From positions 3,744,001 through 3,808,000 of the forward strand of contig OY969724.1 of the NCBI GenBank assembly GCA_963702205.1: 64,000 nt of DNA, given 5' to 3'. Source of the stretch: an uncultured candidate division Zixibacteria bacterium (GTDB lineage: Bacteria > Zixibacteria > MSB-5A5 > GN15 > PGXB01). The notes beneath the pieces are model-generated. The model saw only the letters and a program-made list of their open reading frames with translations, was not told where the DNA came from and ran no database searches. Positions 19,260 to 28,922 of this stretch are shown here, piece after piece. The translations under genes were made by a program, and so were the position numbers. Numbering within the stretch: position 1 is the stretch's first letter; every line of letters begins with the position of its first letter.

Positions 19260-20213
19260 ATGTCGAAAAATTTCGCCCTGACAGGCGCCTCGGGCTACGT
19301 TGCTCCGAGACATTTAAAGGCCATCCGCGATTCCGGCAATACCCTGGTGGCCGCGGTTGACCCCCACGATTCGGTCGGGATTCTTGACAGTTATTTTCGT
19401 GAAGTTCGCTTCTTCACTGAATTCGAACGTTTTGACCGCCACGTCGAGAAACTCCGCCGTCTGGACGACGACAAACAGGTGCATTATGTCAGTATATGTT
19501 CGCCCAATTACCTGCATGACGCCCACTGCCGGTTTGCCCTGCGGGTCGGGGCCGATGCCATCTGCGAAAAGCCGCTGGTTTTGAATCCCTGGAATATAGA
19601 TGCCTTAAAAGAACTCGAAGAAGAAAGCGGCCACAGGATTTATACTATTCTTCAGCTGCGGGTGCATCCGTCGATGATTGAACTCCGCAATAAACTCCGC
19701 GAGCAGTTGAGCAACACCCGCAAAGACGTGCGGTTGACCTATATCACCTCGCGCGGTTTGTGGTATCTGGTTTCGTGGAAAGGCCAGGCTGAGCGCTCCG
19801 GCGGTCTCGCGACCAATATCGGTATTCATTTCTTCGATATATTAATGTGGCTGTTCGGTGAAGTGAAGCAGAGTGAAGTGCATTTCGCCTCGCCGACCAA
19901 AACCGGCGGATATATCGAGCTCAATAACGCCCGGGTCCAGTGGTTCCTGTCGATCGACGCCGAAGACCTGCCTCCCGAAATAAAAGAAAAAGGACAGGCC
20001 ACCTACCGTTCGATTACCATGGACGGCGAGGAGATGGAATTTTCGGGCGGTTTTACCGACCTTCATACGGTCGTCTATAAAGAAACTCTGGCCGGTCATG
20101 GGTTCGGGCTCGAGGACGCGCGGCCGTCGATTGAACTGGTGCACGGCATCCGCAACGGAAATATGACCGGGATAAAAGAGCATTCGCACCCCTACGTGGC
20201 GCGTTTGAAATAG
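19260..20213 (+). CDS. wbpB: UDP-GlcNAcA 3-dehydrogenase (WbpB/WlbA-like; Gfo/Idh/MocA family)
   Basis: GYVAPRHLKAI, SICSPNYLHDAH, CEKPL, ATNIGIHFFD, FSGGFTDLHT. Confidence 0.85.
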   Translation: MSKNFALTGASGYVAPRHLKAIRDSGNTLVAAVDPHDSVGILDSYFREVRFFTEFERFDRHVEKLRRLDDDKQVHYVSICSPNYLHDAHCRFALRVGADAICEKPLVLNPWNIDALKELEEESGHRIYTILQLRVHPSMIELRNKLREQLSNTRKDVRLTYITSRGLWYLVSWKGQAERSGGLATNIGIHFFDILMWLFGEVKQSEVHFASPTKTGGYIELNNARVQWFLSIDAEDLPPEIKEKGQATYRSITMDGEEMEFSGGFTDLHTVVYKETLAGHGFGLEDARPSIELVHGIRNGNMTGIKEHSHPYVARLK

Positions 20214-20279
20214 ACGACCCCGGCACTCCACTCTTTTATATTCCCTTTGGCGTCCCGATGTATTATAGTCACGTCGGAG

Positions 20280-21584
20280 ATGCTCGAATACATTAAAAAC
20301 AAACTAAAACCCGGAAGTTTCTCCCGGCACGTCCTGGACCTGATGACCGGTTCGGTCCTGGCCCAGGGGATAATCGCCCTTTCAGCCCCAATTCTTACCC
20401 GTCTTTACTCACCGTCCGAGTTCGGCCTACTGGCTCTTTACATTTCGATCGTCTCGATCGGCTCTGTTGTCATGTGCTGGCGCTATGAATTGGCGGTAGT
20501 CCTTCCCGAAAACGATAAAGACGCTCTGAATCTATTATTTCTCGCGATGATAATCACGGCGGTGATGTCGGTCGTGTCGTTTATTATAATTATATTCTTT
20601 CGCGGATTTCTGGCGGGACTATTATCCACCCCGGCGATATCGCCCTGGTTTCTGGCGGTCCCGATCAGTTTCGCGGCGACTGGATTTTATATGGCTTTGA
20701 ACTATTGGTACAGTCGCAAAAAAGAATTTCAGCTTATCGCCAAATCGCGCGTAGGTCTGGCCGTAACCACCGTCGGAATACAGGCCGGTTCGGGAATCTC
20801 TTTTGAGTCGGCCATGCTCGGCCTCATCGGCGGGCAGATTTTAGGCCGTATAGTCTCGGCTTTAATATTACTTTATAGATTCATCCGCAAGGACTGGCGG
20901 CAGTTCGTTAAATCAATAAGTCTCGAACGTATTAAGAAGATGGCCGCGCAGTACCGTAAGTACCCCGCCTATTCGACCTGGCCCGCGTTTATAGATACTT
21001 TCACTATGTCGCTACCCGTGCTTTTTATCACCAAATACTTTGGCGCCGAGCTTTTGGGATTTTTCGCGGTTTCTGTGCGCGTTCTTCAAATTCCCCTGAC
21101 TTTTATCGGAGCATCTATCGGACAGGTCTATTTTCAGGAACTGGCCCGCGAAAAAAACCGGACCGACGATATATCCAAACTGGTCGAAAAGACTTTTACC
21201 CGGCTGCTTGTAATTGGCGTGCTGATCGGTGTCGTGCTCGTCGTCGGCGGCCCAGTGCTTTTTTCTATCGTGTTCGGGCGCGACTGGATCACCGCCGGAT
21301 ACATCGCGCAGATTTTGGCCCCGGCGATGGCTCTGCGCTTTGTAACGTCGCCCCTGACAACCGTGTTCGGTGTCAACAACCGCCAGGAGGTCTCAGCCTT
21401 ATGGCAGATCGGGGCGTTGGTTTGCACTTCGGCGGCACTCTTCATCGGGCTTTCGGTAGATAACCACCTCGGAGTTATTTACGCGCTGGCCGTTAACGAT
21501 TTGTTTATTTATGCCGTTTATCTGGTACTGGTGTTTAGAATTTCAAAAGCCAGTTTCAGGCGGGCGTTAAGATTGGCGACTTGA
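20280..21584 (+). CDS. wzx: Oligosaccharide flippase (Wzx)
   Basis: Many TM segments; PILTRLYSPSEFG, RYELAVVLP; start moved to ATG 20280. Confidence 0.88.
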   Translation: MLEYIKNKLKPGSFSRHVLDLMTGSVLAQGIIALSAPILTRLYSPSEFGLLALYISIVSIGSVVMCWRYELAVVLPENDKDALNLLFLAMIITAVMSVVSFIIIIFFRGFLAGLLSTPAISPWFLAVPISFAATGFYMALNYWYSRKKEFQLIAKSRVGLAVTTVGIQAGSGISFESAMLGLIGGQILGRIVSALILLYRFIRKDWRQFVKSISLERIKKMAAQYRKYPAYSTWPAFIDTFTMSLPVLFITKYFGAELLGFFAVSVRVLQIPLTFIGASIGQVYFQELAREKNRTDDISKLVEKTFTRLLVIGVLIGVVLVVGGPVLFSIVFGRDWITAGYIAQILAPAMALRFVTSPLTTVFGVNNRQEVSALWQIGALVCTSAALFIGLSVDNHLGVIYALAVNDLFIYAVYLVLVFRISKASFRRALRLAT

Positions 21585-21588
21585 TAAT

Positions 21589-23577
21589 ATGTGTGGAATC
21601 GCGGGCATATTATTTTTCGATGGCGATCACGGCGGCGTAGCGCAGACGCTTTGCCGTATGTCATCGGCTATGAAACATCGCGGTCCCGACGACGAGGGCT
21701 TTTTGGTACTCGGAACTGATGACACTTCGCCGAAAGCATTTAAAAGCGATAGTACAGTAGTACCGGATACAAACCGACCGCACTTTTTCCCCGAAAATCA
21801 TATCGAAGCGGCTTTCAATAATCGCATATACCTGGGCCTGGCGCACCGGCGCTTGTCGATTATCGACTTGAGCGTCTGCGGCCATCAACCAATGTCTACT
21901 TCAGATGGGCGGTACTGGATTGTCCACAACGGCGAAGTTTACAATTTCGCTGAAATCCGGAGCCAGATCGAATCGGTTGGCGAGACATTTATCAGCCAAA
22001 GCGATACCGAGGTCATTCTCAAAGCCTATCGCCGCTGGGGTGAGGCGGCGCTGGTGCGTTTCAACGGCATGTTCGCCTTCGCCATCTGGGACAACCGGGA
22101 AAAACGCCTGTTCTGCGCCCGCGACAGGATCGGCATCAAGCCGTTTTACTTCGTGCTCAATGACAAATTTTTCCTTTTCGCCTCGGACATCAAGACCATC
22201 ATCGCATCGGGTCTATACCGTTCCGAAATCGACCCGGAAGGCTTTTATCACAACTTAAGCTTCGGCGTGGCGCCGCGTCCGATGACCGCCTTCAAAAACG
22301 TCCGGGCCCTCGAACCGGGTTGCTGGATGACGATTGACACCGATGGCCAGCACAAAAATCACCGATACTGGAACGTCCCGGTCGGGACACAAGACAAAGA
22401 CTTGACCGAAGCTGTTGCCGCGGACATGCTTGAAGACGCTCTCCAAAAATCAATCCGGTTGCGGCTTATCGCCGACGTGCCGGTCGGGACTTTCATGAGC
22501 GGCGGTATCGACTCGACCACGGTCGCGGCCATAGCCGCCCGGAACCACCCCGGCATTACGGCTTTCACGCTGACCTATGAATCCGCCGCCGCTGAACACA
22601 ACGAAGTGGAACAAGCCCGAGCCACCGCCGACATGCATGATATGAAGCACGTCGTTTTGAAAGTCAAAGCCGAAGCAGTGATGGACCATATTGAGGAAAT
22701 GATACTGTGCTATGAAGAGCCGTACTATACACTCTCCCCGAATTTTATTATCTCAAAGCTGGTCGCGGAAAACAATTTCACAGCCGTTTTGAACGGCCTC
22801 GGGGGCGACGAACTCTTTGCGGGCTACCCCTGGTACACCTGGCTGCCCAAATGGCGACTGGCAAGAAAACTTCGACCGATAATAAAGCCTCTGGCCTCTA
22901 TGGGTCACCGGTGGCGGAAACTGGATTATATCAGTGGTCTCCAAAGCGCCGACCGCCTTCATTCGGCTTTGCTGTCAATCAACGACGAATCCGATAAGCG
23001 GTCATTATTGGCTGACAGCCAATATCGTGAATTCAATTCCATCGAACGCATCCACGAGCTTTATGTTGGAAACAATGCTGGCTTTACCGACGATCTCGAA
23101 GCCTTCGCCTATATGGACATTAAAAACTACATCGGCAACCATCAGGTCAACCGCCTCGACCAGTTCACCATGCGCTTTTCGATCGAGGGGCGTTTCCCCC
23201 TGCTTGATCACAATCTTGTCGAAACGGCTTTTAAAATCCCCGGACGACTGAAAATACAGAATGGCGAGCAGAAATATATTTTAAGAAAAGTCGCCTCAAA
23301 ATATATCCACCGAAGCTGCCTCGATATGAAAAAGAAGGGCTTCAATCTCCCGATGCCGCTCTGGATCGGTCGAGAACTGCAGCCGCTGGTTCGCGACAAA
23401 ATCGAAAGCCTTAAAAAGCGCCGCATATTTGACAGTCAAACCATCGACGGAATCTATCGCTCGGTAACAAATAAAAATCTCCCCTATTATCCTCTCTGGC
23501 AACTGGTTGCGATTGAATTCTGGCTGGAGAAATTTCTCGATCCGGTCGTCCAACTTGCTGAAATATCGACCTCATAA
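21589..23577 (+). CDS. asnB: AsnB-family glutamine amidotransferase (probably sugar/acyl amidation)
   Basis: MCGIAG, HRGPDDEG, HRRLSIIDL, NGEVYN, SGGIDS, GGDELFAGY. Confidence 0.9.
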   Translation: MCGIAGILFFDGDHGGVAQTLCRMSSAMKHRGPDDEGFLVLGTDDTSPKAFKSDSTVVPDTNRPHFFPENHIEAAFNNRIYLGLAHRRLSIIDLSVCGHQPMSTSDGRYWIVHNGEVYNFAEIRSQIESVGETFISQSDTEVILKAYRRWGEAALVRFNGMFAFAIWDNREKRLFCARDRIGIKPFYFVLNDKFFLFASDIKTIIASGLYRSEIDPEGFYHNLSFGVAPRPMTAFKNVRALEPGCWMTIDTDGQHKNHRYWNVPVGTQDKDLTEAVAADMLEDALQKSIRLRLIADVPVGTFMSGGIDSTTVAAIAARNHPGITAFTLTYESAAAEHNEVEQARATADMHDMKHVVLKVKAEAVMDHIEEMILCYEEPYYTLSPNFIISKLVAENNFTAVLNGLGGDELFAGYPWYTWLPKWRLARKLRPIIKPLASMGHRWRKLDYISGLQSADRLHSALLSINDESDKRSLLADSQYREFNSIERIHELYVGNNAGFTDDLEAFAYMDIKNYIGNHQVNRLDQFTMRFSIEGRFPLLDHNLVETAFKIPGRLKIQNGEQKYILRKVASKYIHRSCLDMKKKGFNLPMPLWIGRELQPLVRDKIESLKKRRIFDSQTIDGIYRSVTNKNLPYYPLWQLVAIEFWLEKFLDPVVQLAEISTS

Positions 23578-23727
23578 TAATTGTAATTTGAAACGGAATT
23601 TATTTCCGCCTATCCCTCATAATTTTTCCCCGGCTTAATAAAGTACGTCGTTTTCATGTAAAATCAGACAGCCTCTAATCATTTGTAGCACATCACTATA
23701 CGCCCACGACCTCCTCTGCGGCGATTG

Positions 23728-23746
23728 CGGCACGGTCTTTGATTTA
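23728..23746 (+). promoter_or_regulatory. Putative sigma54-type promoter, variant -12 (GA)
   Basis: CGGCACGGTCTTTGATTTA, about 60 nt upstream of ATG 23806. Confidence 0.55.
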
Positions 23747-23805
23747 TGGCTTTACATGATGAAAACGGATTATTGGATTTAATCGCCTGAATTAAGGGGC
23801 AAATT

Positions 23806-24327
23806 ATGACCCGGACTTTATACGAAATCGAAAAAATATCTCGGGAAACCGGCACCGGAGGCGCGATACCATTTGGCCGCTATTATGAGGATTTTCATAT
23901 CGGCGACAAATACCGCCACTGGCCGGGAAAAACCATCACTGAGTCGGATAACAATTTATTCAGCCTGCTGACCATGAACCATCACCCGCTGCATCTCGAC
24001 GCGGCCTATGCCGAAACATCGCAGCACGGACAGGTTCTCGTGGTTGGAACGCTGGTATTCTCACTGGCGGTGGGTCTGACCGTCCGCGACATCAGCGGGC
24101 GCGCCATTGCGAACCTGGGATACGACGAAGTCGAGCATCTGGGGCCGGTTTTTATCGGCGATACGATTTACGCACATTCCGAGGTCATCGACAAACGACC
24201 GTCGAAGACAAAATCGGACCGGGGACTGGTGACATTTATAACTAACGCCTGCAACCAAAACAACAAGCCGGTACTGCGCTTCAAGCGGACAATCCTGGTA
24301 CCCTGCCGGCCGGGCAAGGAGGCTTGA
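23806..24327 (+). CDS. MaoC-family (hotdog-fold) acyl-CoA hydratase/dehydratase
   Basis: GRYYEDF, TITESDN, TMNHHPLHLD, PVFIGDTI. Confidence 0.9.
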   Translation: MTRTLYEIEKISRETGTGGAIPFGRYYEDFHIGDKYRHWPGKTITESDNNLFSLLTMNHHPLHLDAAYAETSQHGQVLVVGTLVFSLAVGLTVRDISGRAIANLGYDEVEHLGPVFIGDTIYAHSEVIDKRPSKTKSDRGLVTFITNACNQNNKPVLRFKRTILVPCRPGKEA

Positions 24328-24328
24328 A

Positions 24329-25333
24329 ATGGCCAAACACTATAACGGGCCCTGGATTTTACGGACGCTGCTGTTTACCCCCGGGCACAATGAAAAACTT
24401 ATCGGCAAGGCTTTGAATTCAGACGCCGATTGTGTCGTCCTCGATCTCGAGGACGCTGTCCCAGAAAACTGCAAACAAAAGGCGCGCGAGGTTATCCGCA
24501 AAACTCTGACCACACAAAAGCCGAACGACCTTACGGTCATGGTGCGCATCAATCCCCTCGAAAGTGGTTTGACTCTGCTCGATCTCGATGAAGTCGCCTG
24601 CCGTCAACTCGACGGGATAATCTTCCCCAAGGCGTACTGTGCCGACGATATCAAAGCGCTCGACGCTCAGTTGAGCCTTAAAGAAAAAACTCTGGGTCTG
24701 GAAACGGGACATTTCAATATAATAATTCTGATCGAAACCCCGCGCTCGGTTCTAAACTGCCTCGAAATGGCGACCGCATCCAAGCGCGTGATCGGTCTGC
24801 TTTACGGCTGCGAGGACTACCTGACCGACATGGAAGGCTTCCACGGGCCCGAGGGGCGCTCGCTCCTGGTACCGCGGCATCTGACATCGATGGCCGCCCG
24901 CGCCGCCGGAATCGTGCCAATCGACACACCATACGTCCAGGTGAAAGATGAAACCGGGTTCGAAAAGCACATTACGCAGGGCAGGGAACTGGGTTTCGAA
25001 GGAATCCTGGTGATGACTCCCAAGCAGATTGAAATCGCCCGCAAAATGTACACGCCTTCGGATGAAGATATTAAAGAAGCCAGACACATTGTCACGATGG
25101 CGTCGCAGGCTTCCGAAGACAGCCGGGGCATTGCGATGGCCGGAAACGTCTTTATCTCTCCCCCCACGTTGAAACGGGCAAAAAAAATATTGAAACGACT
25201 CGACGCCATCGACGGTTTTGAAAACTTCCGCCGTCGGACGGTGCATATAGAAGAAACGACCAACCGCCTGAAGCTCATAAGAAAGGCTGCCGAGACGAGC
25301 GCTGAAATTGAGTCGGAAAAAGTATTAGTATGA
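24329..25333 (+). CDS. CitE/malyl-CoA lyase-like CoA ester lyase
   Basis: RTLLFTPG, VLDLEDAV, VRIN, LIETP, YGCEDY, ELGFEG. Confidence 0.9.
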   Translation: MAKHYNGPWILRTLLFTPGHNEKLIGKALNSDADCVVLDLEDAVPENCKQKAREVIRKTLTTQKPNDLTVMVRINPLESGLTLLDLDEVACRQLDGIIFPKAYCADDIKALDAQLSLKEKTLGLETGHFNIIILIETPRSVLNCLEMATASKRVIGLLYGCEDYLTDMEGFHGPEGRSLLVPRHLTSMAARAAGIVPIDTPYVQVKDETGFEKHITQGRELGFEGILVMTPKQIEIARKMYTPSDEDIKEARHIVTMASQASEDSRGIAMAGNVFISPPTLKRAKKILKRLDAIDGFENFRRRTVHIEETTNRLKLIRKAAETSAEIESEKVLV

Positions 25334-25356
25334 AAATAAACTGATCGGAGCGAAAA

Positions 25357-26265
25357 ATGCAGGGAAGCATAGCGACTTCGAAGCCACAAACATCGGAACG
25401 AATCGACAAACACCGCCTGGTCGAAGATTTAAAAAGGCTCGGCGTTCAATCGGGTTATATTTATAATGTAAAAGCATCCCTTAAGGCCATTGGCACCGTC
25501 GAGGGCGGTGCCATAACTGTCGTCGAAGCCTTAATCGAAGCGGTGCAACCGGAGGGGACAATTGTCACCGATTCCTTCGTCGATCCCTTCCCCATGCCCC
25601 TGACAAAAAAACAGGCACAGATACTAAGCAATCGTCACACGCCGTCATACGCCGGAGCGATTGCCAATGCCATGCTCAAACACCCCCAGGCCGAGTGCAG
25701 CCGCCATCCGATACAACGGTTCGTGGCTATCGGACATCACGCCGAAAAACTTATGGCCGACCACAAACCGGACAGCTACGCCTATGACGTATTGAGCGTC
25801 ATGGCCGATTCCGGGATCGGGCGAAATCTTAAAATCGGCCCCGATGAAAAAGTGGTCGGGGTCGGCACCACCCACGTGGCCATCGGCCGCATGGGTTTCC
25901 AACAAAAAAGGAAACCGCACGGCATCAACTACCTCGACGAAAACGGCGAAATCAAACTCTGTAAACGCGATTGGTCCGGCGGCTGCGGGGTCGGTTTCAA
26001 TAATTTCATCCCGCTGTACCGTGAGAAGGGATGCATCTTAAGCGAAGGCTTTATCGGTCAGGCTCCGTCGAAAATCACCGACATGGCCAAAACGCTGGCG
26101 CTTGAGCTGGAAGTGCTTAAAGAAAACCCCCGCTTTTTCCTCTGCCACGATCCGGCCTGTTACGATTGCCGAACAAGCTGGGAGTTCAGCGACGGGTCAG
26201 CCTTTTCCGTTTATCGACACAAGGCTTTAAGACTATTTCACCGATTGATAAACTCCGGGAGTTAG
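25357..26265 (+). CDS. AAC(3)-family (Antibiotic_NAT) N-acyltransferase
   Basis: EDLKRLGV, ASLKAIGTVEGG, RHPIQRFVAIG, TTHVA; C-terminal CHDPACYDCR. Confidence 0.75.
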   Translation: MQGSIATSKPQTSERIDKHRLVEDLKRLGVQSGYIYNVKASLKAIGTVEGGAITVVEALIEAVQPEGTIVTDSFVDPFPMPLTKKQAQILSNRHTPSYAGAIANAMLKHPQAECSRHPIQRFVAIGHHAEKLMADHKPDSYAYDVLSVMADSGIGRNLKIGPDEKVVGVGTTHVAIGRMGFQQKRKPHGINYLDENGEIKLCKRDWSGGCGVGFNNFIPLYREKGCILSEGFIGQAPSKITDMAKTLALELEVLKENPRFFLCHDPACYDCRTSWEFSDGSAFSVYRHKALRLFHRLINSGS

Positions 26266-26280
26266 GCCTCTTCTGCCGTT

Positions 26281-28836
26281 ATGCTTAAAGTAACCATACC
26301 ACAAAATTTCGTAGCGGAGAGGACATACATCCTCGACGTGCTCCTGTCCGATTTTCTCGGACTGGAGTTTGAAATAGAAGTCGATAGTACGGTCGATCAT
26401 TGGGGAATACGGCTCGAAAACGGCAACCGCCTCATATTCGAGGATCATTTCTTCCATCATATCAAACCGGCCGACAATTACCATGAAACGCAATATATCC
26501 CGAAGCGCGTCAGATTCGTCGCCAATCGTTTCATGCCCGAACCGAATATCCCGGTTATCTTCGGCGGCACGGAGCCGTCGGTGCGGACCCTGACCGTCAA
26601 AGGCCGATCTTTGAATGAAAAGACTGTCGTGTGTACTATTGACGTTTTCGCCGGAGCGTTTTTCATGCTTACCCGCTGGGAAGAATACGCTTTGAACAAG
26701 CGCGACGCGCACGGACGGTTTCCCGCGTCCGAAGCGCTCGCGGTCAAATATGATTTTATCGACCGCCCGGTCGTCAACGAATATACGGAGATGCTTTGGA
26801 ACATTCTGACCCAGCTTGGTATCGGGCAAAAGCGCAAAGCCCGCAAATTCGAGCTGTATCTTACTCACGATATTGATTTTACCGTCCTATGGAATAACTT
26901 CCGTGGCTTCGTAAAATCCCTGGGCGGAGATATTATCAAACGTCAATCCTTACCATTGGCGTTTTCCAATGCAAAATGCTATTTGAAGACACTGCTCGGC
27001 TCGGCCCGGCAACCGTACGATACGTTCGATTACCTGATGACCCAATCCGAAAAGCGCGGCATTCGGTCACACTTCTTTTTTATGTCAGGCAGCGGGACGA
27101 AATATGATAATCAGTACAAAATCGATAACCCGGCAGTACTAAATATAATCGGACAAATAGAAAATCGCGGCCACGCCGTCGGGTTTCATCCCGGCTATGG
27201 TACCTGTGACAACCCCAATCAATGGACGTCGGAATACAGCTCTCTCTCCAATGTTTGTCAATCGGCTCCGACCGAAGGCAGGCAGCATTATCTGCGTTTC
27301 CGCGTCCCCGATACCTGGCGCATCTGGGATGAACACAATATGCAATTCGACAGCTCCATGGGCTATCCCGAACGCGAGGGTTTCCGCTGCGGGACCTGCT
27401 ATGACTTCCCCGTCTTTGATATTTTGTCCCGCCGCAAGCTGTCGGTCCGAGAAAAACCGCTGATCGCGATGGACACGACTCTGGTGGAACACCGCCGCAT
27501 GCCTCCGGAGCGCGCACAACGCAAGCTTGAAAAACTGATCGACCGGGTGTACAGGTACAACGGAACCTTTACCCTGCTCTGGCACAATACAAGTTTCAAC
27601 CTGCACCCCTGGCCAAAATACCGGGCAATTTACGAACACACGCTGGACTATGCTACAGAAAGAATCGGCAAAGAAAAACTAGCGACAAGCGCCGCACCGG
27701 CGCGCAAACCAAAGCGAAAGAAAGCGGTGCTTCTGACTTTCCACTGCCGCCATTCCAAACGCCAAGCCGGTTTTCATCAGCTGGCAAAGTCTTTGAGAAA
27801 TAAAGACTGGGAAACACTTTTTTTCACAGCACCATATAGTTGGATATCGAAGTTTCGCAAAGATTATCGTACACAGTACATTCAACCCGAAGAAACCAAC
27901 TGGCTTATGCGTAACGGCGACGGTGATTGTAGTTTCGTCCTCAAAACGTTCTGGCATCCGGTCAATCTGAGACATAGTATATTGAATTTATTATTAACAC
28001 CACTTTTTAAATCGTACGACCGCTTTCTGTCCGGCAAAGCACTGGATTACATGCGTCGGGCCGACTTGTTCATATTCGAGAGCACGGCTTCTTTATTATT
28101 TTTCGACAAACTTAAGCGTCTGAACCCGAGCGCCAAAATGATTTATCGTGTCTCCGACGATCTCCGATTACTAAAGGCGCACCCAATCGTGCTCGAAGCC
28201 GAGAAACGATACGCCCCCAAATTCGATTTGATAAGTTCGCCCAGCGCTTTTCTGCACCGGCGTTTCGAACGGCTCGATCAATCTTATTTAGACTATCACG
28301 GCCTTCGACGAGATCTGTACGATAAATGCTATGACAACCCGTACGATTCTTCGGTCATCAATGCCGTCTTCATCGGACAGGCTCATCTGGACTATGATTT
28401 TCTCAGACTGGCATCGCAAAAAAAGCCGGACTGGAAATTTCACGTCATCGGCCCGCTGTCTCCTGATTACCAGGCCGACAACATCATATACTACGGAGAA
28501 AAACCGTTCCGGGAGACGATACCGTATATCAAACACGCCGACGTCGGCCTGCATACTTTGAAATTCCGACCCGGCGCGCGGTCCTTCACAGATAGTCTCA
28601 AAGTCATTCAGTACACCTATTGCCGCCTGCCGATTGTCGCCCCGGAGTATCTTAAATGCGACCGCGAGAATTTCATTTATTACCGCCCGGACGATCGAAC
28701 AAGCATCGCCGTCGCCCTCGAAAAAGCGGTCAAATTCGACCGCGAATCCATTGATACAGCCAATATCCACACCTGGGACGAACTGGTCGAAACCCTGCTC
28801 GAGCACGCCTATCGCGGTGAAGCAGCGGCCGTCTAA
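26281..28836 (+). CDS. Fusion of a polysaccharide-deacetylase-like domain and a GumK-like GT-B glycosyltransferase
   Basis: N-half: LTHDID, GFHP, RQHYLRF, GFRCGTC, LLWHN. Basic linker. C-half: RQAGFHQLA, WHPVNLR, IYRVSDD, SLKVIQY. Confidence 0.8.
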   Translation: MLKVTIPQNFVAERTYILDVLLSDFLGLEFEIEVDSTVDHWGIRLENGNRLIFEDHFFHHIKPADNYHETQYIPKRVRFVANRFMPEPNIPVIFGGTEPSVRTLTVKGRSLNEKTVVCTIDVFAGAFFMLTRWEEYALNKRDAHGRFPASEALAVKYDFIDRPVVNEYTEMLWNILTQLGIGQKRKARKFELYLTHDIDFTVLWNNFRGFVKSLGGDIIKRQSLPLAFSNAKCYLKTLLGSARQPYDTFDYLMTQSEKRGIRSHFFFMSGSGTKYDNQYKIDNPAVLNIIGQIENRGHAVGFHPGYGTCDNPNQWTSEYSSLSNVCQSAPTEGRQHYLRFRVPDTWRIWDEHNMQFDSSMGYPEREGFRCGTCYDFPVFDILSRRKLSVREKPLIAMDTTLVEHRRMPPERAQRKLEKLIDRVYRYNGTFTLLWHNTSFNLHPWPKYRAIYEHTLDYATERIGKEKLATSAAPARKPKRKKAVLLTFHCRHSKRQAGFHQLAKSLRNKDWETLFFTAPYSWISKFRKDYRTQYIQPEETNWLMRNGDGDCSFVLKTFWHPVNLRHSILNLLLTPLFKSYDRFLSGKALDYMRRADLFIFESTASLLFFDKLKRLNPSAKMIYRVSDDLRLLKAHPIVLEAEKRYAPKFDLISSPSAFLHRRFERLDQSYLDYHGLRRDLYDKCYDNPYDSSVINAVFIGQAHLDYDFLRLASQKKPDWKFHVIGPLSPDYQADNIIYYGEKPFRETIPYIKHADVGLHTLKFRPGARSFTDSLKVIQYTYCRLPIVAPEYLKCDRENFIYYRPDDRTSIAVALEKAVKFDRESIDTANIHTWDELVETLLEHAYRGEAAAV

Positions 28837-28922
28837 GCATCTAATCCGCGAATTAGTCATATCTGAAAAAGATTGACTCGATCCTTTCAAACGAGAATAT
28901 TGATCCGGGTTGGAGACCGAAT

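Noticed and set aside
25357..26265. Aminoglycoside resistance gene
   Set aside because: Only family-level similarity; it is embedded in a glycan operon with no mobile context.
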